Assembly (NCBI GenBank): GCA_013626165.1
Contig: NDHX01000002.1
Coordinates: forward strand, 639 to 64,638
DNA: 64,000 nucleotides
Direction of reading: 5' to 3'
Source of the DNA: Candidatus Velesiimonas alkalicola
GTDB lineage: Bacteria > Omnitrophota > Gorgyraeia > Velesiimonadales > Velesiimonadaceae
Shown: positions 1 to 9,725 of the stretch, one piece after another
How positions within the stretch are numbered: the first letter of the stretch is position 1
How the letters are laid out: the number at the start of each line of letters is the position of its first letter
Position numbers and translations under genes: made by a program
Notes under the pieces: generated by a model
What the model saw: only the letters and a program-made list of their open reading frames with translations
Database searches by the model: none
Told to the model about the DNA's origin: nothing

Positions 1-636
1 GTTTCTGAAAAAGACAGGGCGCTTATTCCAAATAAAAAGGTAAGGGTCATCCCTAATGGCGTAGATACAGAACTGTTCAAACCACAGAGCAAAGAATCTA
101 AGGAACCGGCGATTGTCTTTTCAGGAAATATGGGGTATTTCCCAAACGAAAGCGCCGTTATTTGGTTCGTAGAGAAATGTTTTCGGAGGATAAAAAAAGA
201 GATACCTGATGCGAAACTGGTAATAGCGGGAAATAACCCAAGCTCAAAGATAAAAAAATTAGGGGACAATCTTTCCATTTTTGTCACCGGGTTCGTAGAA
301 TCGATGGTGGATGAATTGAATAAGGCTCAGGTTGCCATTGCGCCCATGCAGTCAGGGTCAGGGATGCAGTTCAAAATTCTGGAGGCAATGTCATGTAATT
401 TGCCTGTTGTGACAACAACACTTGGTTTAGGTGATATCAAAGCAAGACCAGGAGAAGAGATTTGCGTGGCTGATACGGCGGAGGATTTTGCAGAAACAGT
501 TGTGACACTTATAAAGTCACCTGAAATGGCTGACCGCATAGGGAGAAAAGCTCGTGAGTTTGTTATGCATAACCACAGTTGGGAAAATGCTGCTTCCCAG
601 GTTGAAGAGATTTATAGTAGACTCCTGAAAGAATAA
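1..636 (+). CDS. GT4 glycosyltransferase, C-terminal part (5' end outside window)
   Basis: Frame open from base 1 (VSEKDRALIPNKKVRVIPNGVD). GT-B motifs GSGMQFKILEAMSCNLPVVTT and HSWENAA. Confidence 0.9.
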   Translation, partial: VSEKDRALIPNKKVRVIPNGVDTELFKPQSKESKEPAIVFSGNMGYFPNESAVIWFVEKCFRRIKKEIPDAKLVIAGNNPSSKIKKLGDNLSIFVTGFVESMVDELNKAQVAIAPMQSGSGMQFKILEAMSCNLPVVTTTLGLGDIKARPGEEICVADTAEDFAETVVTLIKSPEMADRIGRKAREFVMHNHSWENAASQVEEIYSRLLKE

Positions 637-685
637 GGGACCAGGCTACTTTTTCGTAAGGGTGAATTAAGGTTCAAGGATTAAA

Positions 686-1030
686 ATGTTTTTGCTGAGC
701 ATTACTAAAAAAAAGCTGATTTTATTTCTTGTTGACGTAATAATTATTATTACTGCATCTTTTCTGGCTGCTTTTATCAGATTTGGTAGAGATGTCGGGG
801 TAATTTATCTCCAGGAGCATCTTTTTGTCTTCCTGCTAACCGGTATTGTCTTTCTTGTGTTCTTCTACATCGCTGACCTCTATGATGTCAAGAAAGATTT
901 TCACTCTCCTAAGTATGTAGGAGAAATTATCCTCAGTGGTGTTTTAACATTTATTATTTCTGGATTTCTGATTTATGGTTATCGGCTGGTGATGCCGGGA
1001 AGAGGGGGTCGGATGGATAGCGCCACCTAA
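686..1030 (+). pseudogene. N-terminal membrane region of a WcaJ-like sugar phosphotransferase, truncated
   Basis: Four TM helices with the pattern LFLVDVII..RF..FYIADLYD..PGRG, then an abrupt end with no catalytic domain. Confidence 0.65.
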
Positions 1031-1199
1031 TAATGTCAGTGCTTTTGTAAGTGCGGTTCTGGAGGCAGAATCCGATTCTGAGCGACTTGCGGCTATGGGG
1101 AGATGCGCACGTCTGTTAGTTGAAAAGGAATATTCAAGGGAGTGTGTTGTTGGATTATATAAAAGGCTGTTTGATAAAATGAACGAAAATACACAATAA
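999..1199 (+). pseudogene. C-terminal remnant of a GT4 glycosyltransferase
   Basis: Start-less frame reads EEGVGWIAPPNNVSAFVSAVLEAESDSERLAAMGRCARLLVEKEYSRECVVGLYKRLF...stop, a typical GT4 C-terminus. Confidence 0.7.
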
Positions 1200-1223
1200 A
1201 GAAAAAGAGAGAAAGGACATAGA

Positions 1224-2174
1224 ATGAATATATTGGTTACCGGAGCCAACGGTTTTGTCGGTCAAGCACTCTGCAAAAGGATGCTGGTTGACGGATACCA
1301 GGTGCGGGGAGCTGTCAGGGCCGTCACTCAAATGACGGCTCTGCCTTCAGGGGTTGAAGGGGCGATGGTCGGCGATATCAGCCCGGAAACTGATTGGTCT
1401 GAAGCACTGGATGGTATAGATGCTGTTGTTCATTTAGCGGCACGGGTGCATGTGATGGATGATACTGCTGCCGACCCCCTTGCCGCATTCAGGGAAGTCA
1501 ATGTTTTGGGGACCGAACGACTGGCGCGTATGGCGGCAAAATATGGTGTACGTCGTTTAATTTTTATTAGTTCAATAGGTGTAAACGGGGAATTTAGTTC
1601 GGAAATGCCGTTTAGTGAGAAAAATCTCCCAAATCCACATAATGCTTATGCTGTTTCAAAGTGGGAAGCTGAGCAGGTTTTACATGTTGTTTCAAAAAAT
1701 TCTGGAATGGAAGTTGTAATTTTGCGACCCCCTTTAGTTTATGGGCCGGATGCCCCGGGGAATTTCGCGAGGTTAATGCGCGTAATCAAAACCGGTTTGC
1801 CTCTGCCTTTTGGCAATATAAAAAGTTTACGCAGTTTTGTGTATATAGACAATTTAATAGACGCTATTATTACTTGTGTCACTCATCCACTGGCAGCAGG
1901 TGAGACTTTTATGGTAAGTGATGGGCAGGATGTGTCTACGCCGGATTTAATAAAGATGATTGCATCCGCGATGAATAAGAAGGTAATTTTATTTTCTTTG
2001 CACCCCGGTATTTTAAAGTCGCTGTGCAAAATTGCAGGTAAGGGAGAAGAGATGGAAAAATTAACAGGGTCTCTTCTTGTTGATAGCAGTAAAATCAGGA
2101 ATCTGCTTGGGTGGAAACCGCCTTTTACTCTTGAAGAAGGAATAAAGGAAACCGTCAAATACTATGAATCATGA
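1224..2174 (+). CDS. NAD-dependent nucleotide-sugar epimerase/reductase (WbpK/WbpV-like extended SDR)
   Basis: TGANGFVG, HLAARVH, YAVSK, RPPLVYGP motifs. Confidence 0.9.
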   Translation: MNILVTGANGFVGQALCKRMLVDGYQVRGAVRAVTQMTALPSGVEGAMVGDISPETDWSEALDGIDAVVHLAARVHVMDDTAADPLAAFREVNVLGTERLARMAAKYGVRRLIFISSIGVNGEFSSEMPFSEKNLPNPHNAYAVSKWEAEQVLHVVSKNSGMEVVILRPPLVYGPDAPGNFARLMRVIKTGLPLPFGNIKSLRSFVYIDNLIDAIITCVTHPLAAGETFMVSDGQDVSTPDLIKMIASAMNKKVILFSLHPGILKSLCKIAGKGEEMEKLTGSLLVDSSKIRNLLGWKPPFTLEEGIKETVKYYES

Positions 2175-2734
2175 TGAAGCGTATTTTTGATTTAACTACT
2201 GCAATTTTGCTATTGATTTGCTTAAGCTTGCCGTTGCTTGTACTTGCAATAATTATTAAATTGACCTCTTCCGGTCCAGTTTTATATTGGTCAGACAGGG
2301 TGGGTAAGAACAACACAATTTTTAAGATGTCCAAGTTCCGCACGATGCGGGTGGATACCCCGGCAGTTGCGACGCATCTTTTTAAGGATGCCGACCGCTA
2401 TCTTACGCCGATAGGTGCTTTTTTGCGTAAATTTAGTTTAGATGAATTGCCGCAATTATTTAACATAGTATCGGGTGATATGACATTTGTAGGACCAAGA
2501 CCGGCATTATTCAACCAGCACGATTTGATAGATTTAAGAACAAAAAAGAATGTCCATATAATAGTTCCGGGAATTACCGGATGGGCACAGATTAACGGGA
2601 GAGATGATATCCCTATCCCAATCAAAGTTAAACTTGACGAGTATTATTTAAAAAATAGAGGTTTTTTTTTGGATATCAAAATTTTATTCATAACGCTTTA
2701 TAAGGTTATAAAAAAAGAGGGAATATCTCATTAA
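2171..2734 (+). CDS. Undecaprenyl-phosphate sugar phosphotransferase (small bacterial sugar transferase)
   Basis: KRIFD, KFRTM, LDELPQL, VGPRP, PGITGWAQINGR motifs. Confidence 0.92.
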   Translation: MMKRIFDLTTAILLLICLSLPLLVLAIIIKLTSSGPVLYWSDRVGKNNTIFKMSKFRTMRVDTPAVATHLFKDADRYLTPIGAFLRKFSLDELPQLFNIVSGDMTFVGPRPALFNQHDLIDLRTKKNVHIIVPGITGWAQINGRDDIPIPIKVKLDEYYLKNRGFFLDIKILFITLYKVIKKEGISH

Positions 2735-2744
2735 AATTGGTAAA

Positions 2745-4607
2745 ATGAAAATTAAAAATCTTATAAATAGTTATCGCCGGATTTTAATCATTATATTACA
2801 TCTCGGGATTATTGTATTGGCGTATTTCGCTGCGTTTTATTTGCGGTTTGATTTTAATTTTCCCAAAGAATATTTTCAAACGGTTATACCCAAAACCCTT
2901 CCGCTTTTGATTTTAATCAAACTTCTTTTCTTTTATTTTTTCGGGTTATATTCCGGTCTCTGGCGGTATGTCAGTACCCATGATTTGTGGAAAATTTTTC
3001 TTGCCAATGCCTTGTCATCTGTTGCTTTTTTCGGAGCGGTTGTGTTTTATCACGGGTTGCTCGGTTTTCCGCGTTCGGTGGTTATAATTGATTTTATATT
3101 ATGTTTTGGTTTTGTCTCGGGCGTCCGATTTTTTACCCGCCTTATCAGAGAACGGACAAAAATTGATTTTATTCAGAAAAAGAAAAAAGTTCTTATCGTC
3201 GGCGCCGGTGATGCCGGGGTTTCAATTTTAAGAGAGTGTATAAATAATCCGAAAATTGATTTTGAGGTCGCCGGTTTCGTTGATGACGACCCTGCCAAAA
3301 AAGGACACAATATCTACGGAGTGAAAGTTTTCGGCGGCAGAGAACATATTCCTAGGATTGCCGCTGATTTGGAAATTGATGAAATAATTCTGGCGCTCCC
3401 GTCAGTAAAAGGAGATGTTATCCGCGGGATACTTTCTTATTGCGAGCAGACGGATGCAAAAATAAAAATCATTCCCGGACTTGATAAAATCATCAGCGGA
3501 CATCTAGAATTAAGGCCCCGCAATGTCCAGCCGGAAGACCTTTTGGGAAGAAAGCCCGTAAACATAGATGAGACGGAAATCAGTTCATATCTTAAAAACA
3601 AAAGGGTTCTTGTTACCGGCGCCGGCGGCTCAATCGGTTCGGAATTGTGCCGCCAGATAACACGATTTTTTCCTGAAAAAATCGTGTTATTTGATAATCA
3701 CGAAAATTATATCCATTATCTCGGACTTGAGTTTAACTTAAAATATCCCGATATAAAATATAAGACCATCATCGGTGATATTAGAGATGTAGGTATATTA
3801 AGGCATGTTTTTACCGAACACAAACCGCAGGTTGTTTTTCATGCCGCCGCCCACAAGCATGTTCCGTTGATGGAGGATAATCCGGTCTCGGCGGTTAAGG
3901 TTAATATCATCGGAACAAGAAACCTTATTTATGCCTCAAACCATTATAAAGTTGAAAAATTTGTTTTAATTTCTACCGATAAAGCGGTAAATCCGACAAG
4001 CATAATGGGTGCGACGAAAAGAATCGCAGAGATGATATTACAGGCAAAGGCAAAAGTCAGCAAAACAAAATTTATTGCCGTTCGTTTCGGGAATGTTCTC
4101 GGCTCGTCGGGAAGCGTAATTCCTCTTTTCAAAAAACAGATTGAAGAGGGCGGGCCCGTTACCGTAACCCATCCGGATGTCCGAAGATATTTTATGAGTA
4201 TCCCGGAGTCGGCTCAATTGGTATTACAGGCAGGCGCTTTCGGCGCCGGCGGAGAAATTTTTATTCTGGATATGGGCGAGCAGATAAAAATAGTTGACCT
4301 TGCAAAAAATCTTATTGCTTTTTCGGGGCTTAAACTTGACAAAGATATTTCAATAAAATATATCGGACTTCGTCCGGGTGAAAAACTTTATGAAGAGATA
4401 CTTTTAGACAAAGAAAAAGATAAAATTACAAAACACAAAAAAATATATGTGACTGCTCCGGAAAATTTTGACCCCTCTAAAATCAGAAAAGATATAAGGG
4501 AATTGGAGCATCTTGCCATCATAATGGATGAAGAAAAAATCTTAAAAAAACTTAAAGAGATGGTGCCCAATTATGTCTCCCAGACCAACCATACAATCGG
4601 TAATTAA
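2745..4607 (+). CDS. UDP-GlcNAc 4,6-dehydratase (CapD/WbpM/PglF family)
   Basis: N-terminal TM helices; TGAGGSIGSEL, HAAAHKHVP, STDKAVNP, RFGNVLGSSGSV, GLRPGEKL. Confidence 0.95.
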   Translation: MKIKNLINSYRRILIIILHLGIIVLAYFAAFYLRFDFNFPKEYFQTVIPKTLPLLILIKLLFFYFFGLYSGLWRYVSTHDLWKIFLANALSSVAFFGAVVFYHGLLGFPRSVVIIDFILCFGFVSGVRFFTRLIRERTKIDFIQKKKKVLIVGAGDAGVSILRECINNPKIDFEVAGFVDDDPAKKGHNIYGVKVFGGREHIPRIAADLEIDEIILALPSVKGDVIRGILSYCEQTDAKIKIIPGLDKIISGHLELRPRNVQPEDLLGRKPVNIDETEISSYLKNKRVLVTGAGGSIGSELCRQITRFFPEKIVLFDNHENYIHYLGLEFNLKYPDIKYKTIIGDIRDVGILRHVFTEHKPQVVFHAAAHKHVPLMEDNPVSAVKVNIIGTRNLIYASNHYKVEKFVLISTDKAVNPTSIMGATKRIAEMILQAKAKVSKTKFIAVRFGNVLGSSGSVIPLFKKQIEEGGPVTVTHPDVRRYFMSIPESAQLVLQAGAFGAGGEIFILDMGEQIKIVDLAKNLIAFSGLKLDKDISIKYIGLRPGEKLYEEILLDKEKDKITKHKKIYVTAPENFDPSKIRKDIRELEHLAIIMDEEKILKKLKEMVPNYVSQTNHTIGN

Positions 4608-4908
4608 ATCCAAATTATTTAACTCCATAATTTATTATTTATTTATTTTTTTATTTTTTAGTGTTTCGTTGATTCCGTTTAATATTGTTTTTGATATTAA
4701 AATAGCGGGTGTCCCATTTCATTATATCTATATCGGTGGTTTAGCATCTTTGCTTGCAATTTTAAGTTTCTTGCAATATCCCCAATTGACATCTTTTGAT
4801 AAATGGTTGTTTCTTCTCGCAATAGGACTTTCTTTGAGTTTGCTCACAAGTATTGACCATGCACATTCTCTTCAAATGTTATTGCAGGTATGTTCAGTTT
4901 TAAGATAA
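4573..4908 (+). pseudogene. Truncated membrane protein, possibly the N-terminus of an O-antigen ligase/polymerase
   Basis: Three hydrophobic helices at the end of a polysaccharide locus; ends abruptly before a repeat tract. Confidence 0.35.
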
Positions 4909-5032
4909 GAGAATATTTTCAAGTAAAAGAGGCGGCAAAAGAAGCGGCAAAGATAATCTTCTAAAGAATAGATGACAGGCAACGAGGCAACAGATGGCAG
5001 GTGTTCTGGTGCACTGGTGCCGAGGGGGAAAT

Positions 5033-5935
5033 ATGGGTAATTTATATGAACAGATAATAGATAATAAAATCCGTTCCTGGTTTTTGATTATTATATTTCT
5101 TATTATTGTCATTGGATTAGGATGGTTGCTTGGCAGACTTTCAGGAATGGGGTGGGGTGGGCTTATTATTGCATTTTTTATTGCATTTATAACCGGTATA
5201 TTCAGCTATTATTATAGCGATAAAATTGTTCTTGCAGTGTCAGGGGCTAAACCTGTTAAAAAAGAAGACTTTCCTTATCTTGTCCATACTGTTGAGGGGC
5301 TTGCAATTGCAGCAGGCGTTCCTACACCGGGTATATATTTTATTAAAACACAGGCTCCTAATGCATTTGCAACGGGAAGGGACCCGCAACACTCATCCAT
5401 TGCAGTTACAACAGGACTTCTTGAGAGACTCAACAGAAAAGAATTAGAAGGTGTTGTTGCACATGAGATGTCTCATATAAAGAATTTTGATATAAGGATA
5501 AGCACCCTTGCCTCAATCCTTGTAGGAACCGTAGCTATACTTTCAAGGTTTTTCTTGCAGAATCTCATCTGGGGAGGGGGTCGCAGGCGGGGCGGAGGAG
5601 GAGGAAGAGACGGTGGTTTGGGTGCGATACTTATAATAGTGGGAATAGTTCTTGCGATACTTACCCCTTTTATTGCTCAACTAATTCACCTTGCACTTTC
5701 AAGACAGAGGGAATTTCTTGCAGATGCATCCGGTGCAGAACTTACAAGATACCCCGAGGGGCTTGCAGGTGCATTGTTAAAAATATCTGCTGACTCTCAT
5801 TCTGTTGAAACCGCAAGCGAAGGCACTGCCCATATGTATTTTGCAAATCCGTTTGGAGCAGAAAAGAGAATTTTCCATCTTTTTAGCACACACCCTCCTG
5901 TTAAAGAAAGAATCAAAAGACTTAGAGAAATGTAA
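5033..5935 (+). CDS. htpX: Zinc metalloprotease HtpX (M48)
   Basis: PNAFATG, AHEMSH, SRQREFLAD, STHPP. ATG at 5033 follows a gagggg SD. Confidence 0.93.
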   Translation: MGNLYEQIIDNKIRSWFLIIIFLIIVIGLGWLLGRLSGMGWGGLIIAFFIAFITGIFSYYYSDKIVLAVSGAKPVKKEDFPYLVHTVEGLAIAAGVPTPGIYFIKTQAPNAFATGRDPQHSSIAVTTGLLERLNRKELEGVVAHEMSHIKNFDIRISTLASILVGTVAILSRFFLQNLIWGGGRRRGGGGGRDGGLGAILIIVGIVLAILTPFIAQLIHLALSRQREFLADASGAELTRYPEGLAGALLKISADSHSVETASEGTAHMYFANPFGAEKRIFHLFSTHPPVKERIKRLREM

Positions 5936-6774
5936 TGTCTAAATACATAGACTCCCAGCATATTGCAGATGTTGTCTCTGGCCTGTCAAAGAAAGCAAAT
6001 CTTGTTCTAAGAGAAGATGCGGTTTTCTCATTTAACAAAGCAATAAAAAAAGAAAAAAATTCGCAAGCCAAACAGATTTTAAAGATACTTCTTGAAAATG
6101 CTCATTATGCAAAAGCCAATAATCTTGCAATGTGTCAGGATACGGGACTTGTCATTGTTTTTATCAGTTTAGGACAGGATGTGAGAATCAAAGGTGGATA
6201 TGTTCAGGATAAGATTCAAGAGTCTGTCCAAAGCATTTATAAGAGTTGTTTTTTCAGAGACTCTGTTGCAGAGCCTATAACAAGACAGAAAAGTAATGCA
6301 TCGGGTGTATTTATTCACTGGGATGTTGCAAAGGGCGATAAAATTGATATAAAGATTTTGATAAAAGGATTCGGAAGTGAGAATGCAGGTTCTGTTAAGA
6401 TGTTTTATCCTACAGCAGACAGAGATGAAATTATCCAGTGGATTGTCCGGTGTGTAGAGGATGCAGGCGGAAGACCCTGCCCTCCAGTGTTTTTAGGTGT
6501 AGGGATTGGCGGAACACAGGATGTTGCCTGTGTTCTTGCAAAACAGGCACTTACCGAAAGGATGGATAGATTTTCAGAATTGAAAAATATATCAGGATTA
6601 GAAAAACAGATATTTTCACAGATTAATAAAACAGGTATAGGACCTTTGGGATTGGGTGGAAGGACAACCTGCCTTGGTGTCAGAGTAAAGATTGCTCCAA
6701 CACATATTGCAGGACTTCCTGTGGCGCTGCAGATAGGTTGCCATGCGCTGCGTGGATGCCAGAAAACTATATAA
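5935..6774 (+). CDS. Fe-S fumarate hydratase / tartrate dehydratase alpha subunit
   Basis: CQDTG, KGFGSEN, PCPP, GPLGLGG, PTHIA, CHALR. Confidence 0.92.
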   Translation: MSKYIDSQHIADVVSGLSKKANLVLREDAVFSFNKAIKKEKNSQAKQILKILLENAHYAKANNLAMCQDTGLVIVFISLGQDVRIKGGYVQDKIQESVQSIYKSCFFRDSVAEPITRQKSNASGVFIHWDVAKGDKIDIKILIKGFGSENAGSVKMFYPTADRDEIIQWIVRCVEDAGGRPCPPVFLGVGIGGTQDVACVLAKQALTERMDRFSELKNISGLEKQIFSQINKTGIGPLGLGGRTTCLGVRVKIAPTHIAGLPVALQIGCHALRGCQKTI

Positions 6775-6806
6775 CAAACCCTTGAGGTGAAAAGAGGTAT
6801 CAGTGG

Positions 6807-7352
6807 ATGGATATATTAAGTGGTAAAAGAATAATTCTTCCATTAAAATATTCTGTGGCAAAATCACTTAAAGCAGGACAATGGGTCAGGCTTACAGGCT
6901 ATGTTTATACTGTGAGAGATGCCGCTCACAAAAGACTTGCAAAGACAATAGAAAGGGGTAAAAAGATTCCAATACCCTTAAAAGAACAGATAATATACTA
7001 TACAGGACCTACGGCTTCGTTCAGTGGTCATATTATAGGTTCGTGCGGACCTACAACCTCATCCAGAATGGATAAATACACTCCTGTGCTTCTTGAAAAC
7101 GGGCTTGTAGGGATGATAGGAAAAGGAGAAAGGTCTGAACAGGTGAGGCTTGCAATAAAAAAATACAGGGCAATATATTTTGTTACATTCGGAGGGGCGG
7201 GTGCTTTTCTTTCAAGATTTGTGAAAAAATGCAATATTGCTGCATATCCTGACCTTGGGACAGAGGCAATATATAAGATTTTTTTTGAGGATTTTCCTGT
7301 TATGATAGGGATTGAAACTAATGGAAATTGTTTTAGCAACAAGAAATCTTAA
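6807..7352 (+). CDS. Fe-S fumarate hydratase / tartrate dehydratase beta subunit
   Basis: RDAAHKR, GPTTSSRM, IGKG, GGAGA, DLGTEA. Confidence 0.92.
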   Translation: MDILSGKRIILPLKYSVAKSLKAGQWVRLTGYVYTVRDAAHKRLAKTIERGKKIPIPLKEQIIYYTGPTASFSGHIIGSCGPTTSSRMDKYTPVLLENGLVGMIGKGERSEQVRLAIKKYRAIYFVTFGGAGAFLSRFVKKCNIAAYPDLGTEAIYKIFFEDFPVMIGIETNGNCFSNKKS

Positions 7353-7908
7353 AAAACTTCAGGAGTTAAAATCGCTTCTTAAAAATTTGGAGGTAAGAAT
7401 TTTAACCCTTAACGATTTTCCTAACATTCCTCAGACTGTAGAAGATGGAACTACTTTTGAAGAAAATGCCCTGAAAAAAGCAACGGAAGTTTGTAAATTC
7501 ACAAACCATTTTACCATCGCAGATGACTCAGGACTTGAGGTTGAAGGGCTGAACGGTGCACCCGGCATATATTCTGCACGGTTTGCAGGTGAAGGTGCAG
7601 ATGATAGAATGAATAATGAGAAACTTCTTTTTTCGTTAAAAGCAATGGAAGGAGAAAAAAGAAAAGCCCGTTATGTATGTGCCATAGCAATTGCTTTTCC
7701 GGACGGACATTATAAGGTTGTAAGAGGAGAATGCAAGGGTATTATTGCCCGCAGGTTGTCAGGCAGGTGTGGGTTTGGGTATGACCCTTTGTTTTTTCTT
7801 CCAAGGTATAACAAAACTATGGCACAGATTTCTCCGTCTTTGAAAAATAAAATAAGCCACAGAGCAATTGCATTAAGGAAGGCTTATAGACTTATTTCTA
7901 AAAAATAA
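7321..7908 (+). CDS. rdgB: XTP/dITP diphosphatase (RdgB/HAM1)
   Basis: LATRN..K, ADDSGL, APGIYSAR, GFGYDP, KNKISHR. Confidence 0.95.
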   Translation: MEIVLATRNLKKLQELKSLLKNLEVRILTLNDFPNIPQTVEDGTTFEENALKKATEVCKFTNHFTIADDSGLEVEGLNGAPGIYSARFAGEGADDRMNNEKLLFSLKAMEGEKRKARYVCAIAIAFPDGHYKVVRGECKGIIARRLSGRCGFGYDPLFFLPRYNKTMAQISPSLKNKISHRAIALRKAYRLISKK

Positions 7909-8164
7909 CAGGCACAATTTTTTAAGTATTTAGATTTATAGGGGGCAGGCAGGGACAGATGAATAATAGAGACCTCGGCACCTAATATAGTTTCCACTGA
8001 AAAACCATGGAAACTATTGATTACGGCGATTAAATTCAGATTACAGCGATTTTGTTTTGCCGGAATAATCTCCGTAATCTTTTGTGAAATCTCTGTAATC
8101 AAGTTATTACCGGGTTTTTCAGTAACTTAATATAACTCACAAAAGCAAAAATTATTATATCAGA

Positions 8165-8430
8165 CAATTTATTGAAATAATCATATGAATAAACCCGAAG
8201 GTTATTTAAGAATTAGCAGACGAAGCGGGGTCATGCTGCAAAATCCATATCCGATGTATTTCTATCCCGATAATCTTTTGGAAAGCATAATTATTTTCCA
8301 AAAAAGAAAATTTGATTATAAATCTATTCCAAAAGAAACCAGAGGGGCTTCAAAAATTAACATAAAAGAATTTTCAGGATAATAAATGGTTTATGACTTT
8401 GTGGGATATGGTTAATGTGTTGATAGGCTC
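8165..8430 (+). pseudogene. Internal remnant of a beta-class amino-DNA methyltransferase
   Basis: QFIEIII(W)NKPEG...YPDNLLESIIIFQK...KEF, then a frameshift to QDNKWFMTLWDMVNVL. Resembles the IIWxKP / E-I-IF-K / lWd region of N4/N6 MTases. Confidence 0.55.
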
Positions 8431-8454
8431 GATGAGCGATGCAGGAGATAAAAA

Positions 8455-8840
8455 ATGACTGAAAATATAGTTGGCAAGAGATACGATTTTCAAGTCGGTT
8501 GCGATAAAATTGACGAAAAATATTTTGAGTTTTATATTAGAGCAATATGCAAAATAACCAAAAGAACTTCCTGTATCAATAATCTCAATGCGGTATTATC
8601 TGAACTTCATACTGAACAAAAAGATGAGAATTACGATTCTGATCCGGAATACCTTGACTCAACATGGACTATCTTAGAAGAAAAAGCTAAAAAATTTACA
8701 AAAATAGCGGAAAACTTTCTTATCAGTTCAAGATTTGTGACTATCTTGAAAACAAATTGGATGATGACAGAAAAGAAGGAGAATGGGAGAACATTGTTGC
8801 AGAAAGTGGAGAAATAAAAGAATACGAAGATGAGGAATAA
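8455..8840 (+). pseudogene. Hypothetical acidic protein with an apparent frameshift near 8715-8735
   Basis: Good SD (ggagat). The alternative frame continues CDYLENKLDDDRKEGEWENIVAESGEIKEYEDEE and stops at 8838-8840, 3 nt before the MTase ATG. Confidence 0.55.
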
Positions 8841-8843
8841 TCA

Positions 8844-9725
8844 ATGGCATATAAAATAATCATGGGTGATTGCATAAAAGAATTAGAGAGATTAACAACA
8901 ACTATTGATTTGACATTCCTTGATCCGCCTTTTAATCAGGGTAAAGAGTATGCTGAACATGATGATAATATGCCTGACGATGTTTACTGGCAGTGGATGC
9001 GGGAGGTATGCAGCAATATTTACAAATTAACTTCACAAGGCGGAGCAATCTATTTTATGCAAAGGGAAAAAAATACTGAACATATTTTAAGCTGTCTCAG
9101 AGAATCAGGATGGAATTTACAAAATTTAATAATCTGGAAGAAGAAAACTTCAGCAGTACCGTGCAGTAACAAATTTGGAAAACATTACCAGATAATAGCT
9201 TATGCAATCAAGGGGAAAAAGGCGAATGTTTTTAATAGATTAAGGATCAATCCACCCTTGCCGTCTAACTACAAGTGTAAACGAGAAGACGGTATGTATG
9301 TTACTGATGTATGGGACGATATCAGAGAGCTTACAGCAGGCTATTTTGCTGGAGATGAGGCTATTCGTAAACCAGATGGCAACCGTTTCCATAAACAACA
9401 ATCGCCTATCCAATTGCTTTTAAGAATAGTTTTATCCTCGTCAAATCCAAACGATACAGTTTTAGACCCTTTTGCAGGAACAGGAACAACATTGGTAGTC
9501 GCGGAACAATTAAGAAGGAATTCTGTAGGCATAGAAAAAGATAAAGAAAATATAAATTGTATAGAAAAAAGGCTGACGAATAGCAGAGAGTCTGATAATA
9601 TTCAAAGATATTATAATGATTATGTTTATACTGATGATATTGAAAAAATTTGGGGATATGGAGTTGGTGATAGCTCTAAAAAGTATAGAGTTAAACAGCT
9701 TTCAATGTTTGGTTCGGAGAGATGA
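8844..9725 (+). CDS. Beta-class N4-C/N6-A DNA methyltransferase
   Basis: Motif IV DPPF precedes motif I DPFAGTGTT; IIWKK, DVW, H..Q motifs. Confidence 0.93.
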   Translation: MAYKIIMGDCIKELERLTTTIDLTFLDPPFNQGKEYAEHDDNMPDDVYWQWMREVCSNIYKLTSQGGAIYFMQREKNTEHILSCLRESGWNLQNLIIWKKKTSAVPCSNKFGKHYQIIAYAIKGKKANVFNRLRINPPLPSNYKCKREDGMYVTDVWDDIRELTAGYFAGDEAIRKPDGNRFHKQQSPIQLLLRIVLSSSNPNDTVLDPFAGTGTTLVVAEQLRRNSVGIEKDKENINCIEKRLTNSRESDNIQRYYNDYVYTDDIEKIWGYGVGDSSKKYRVKQLSMFGSER

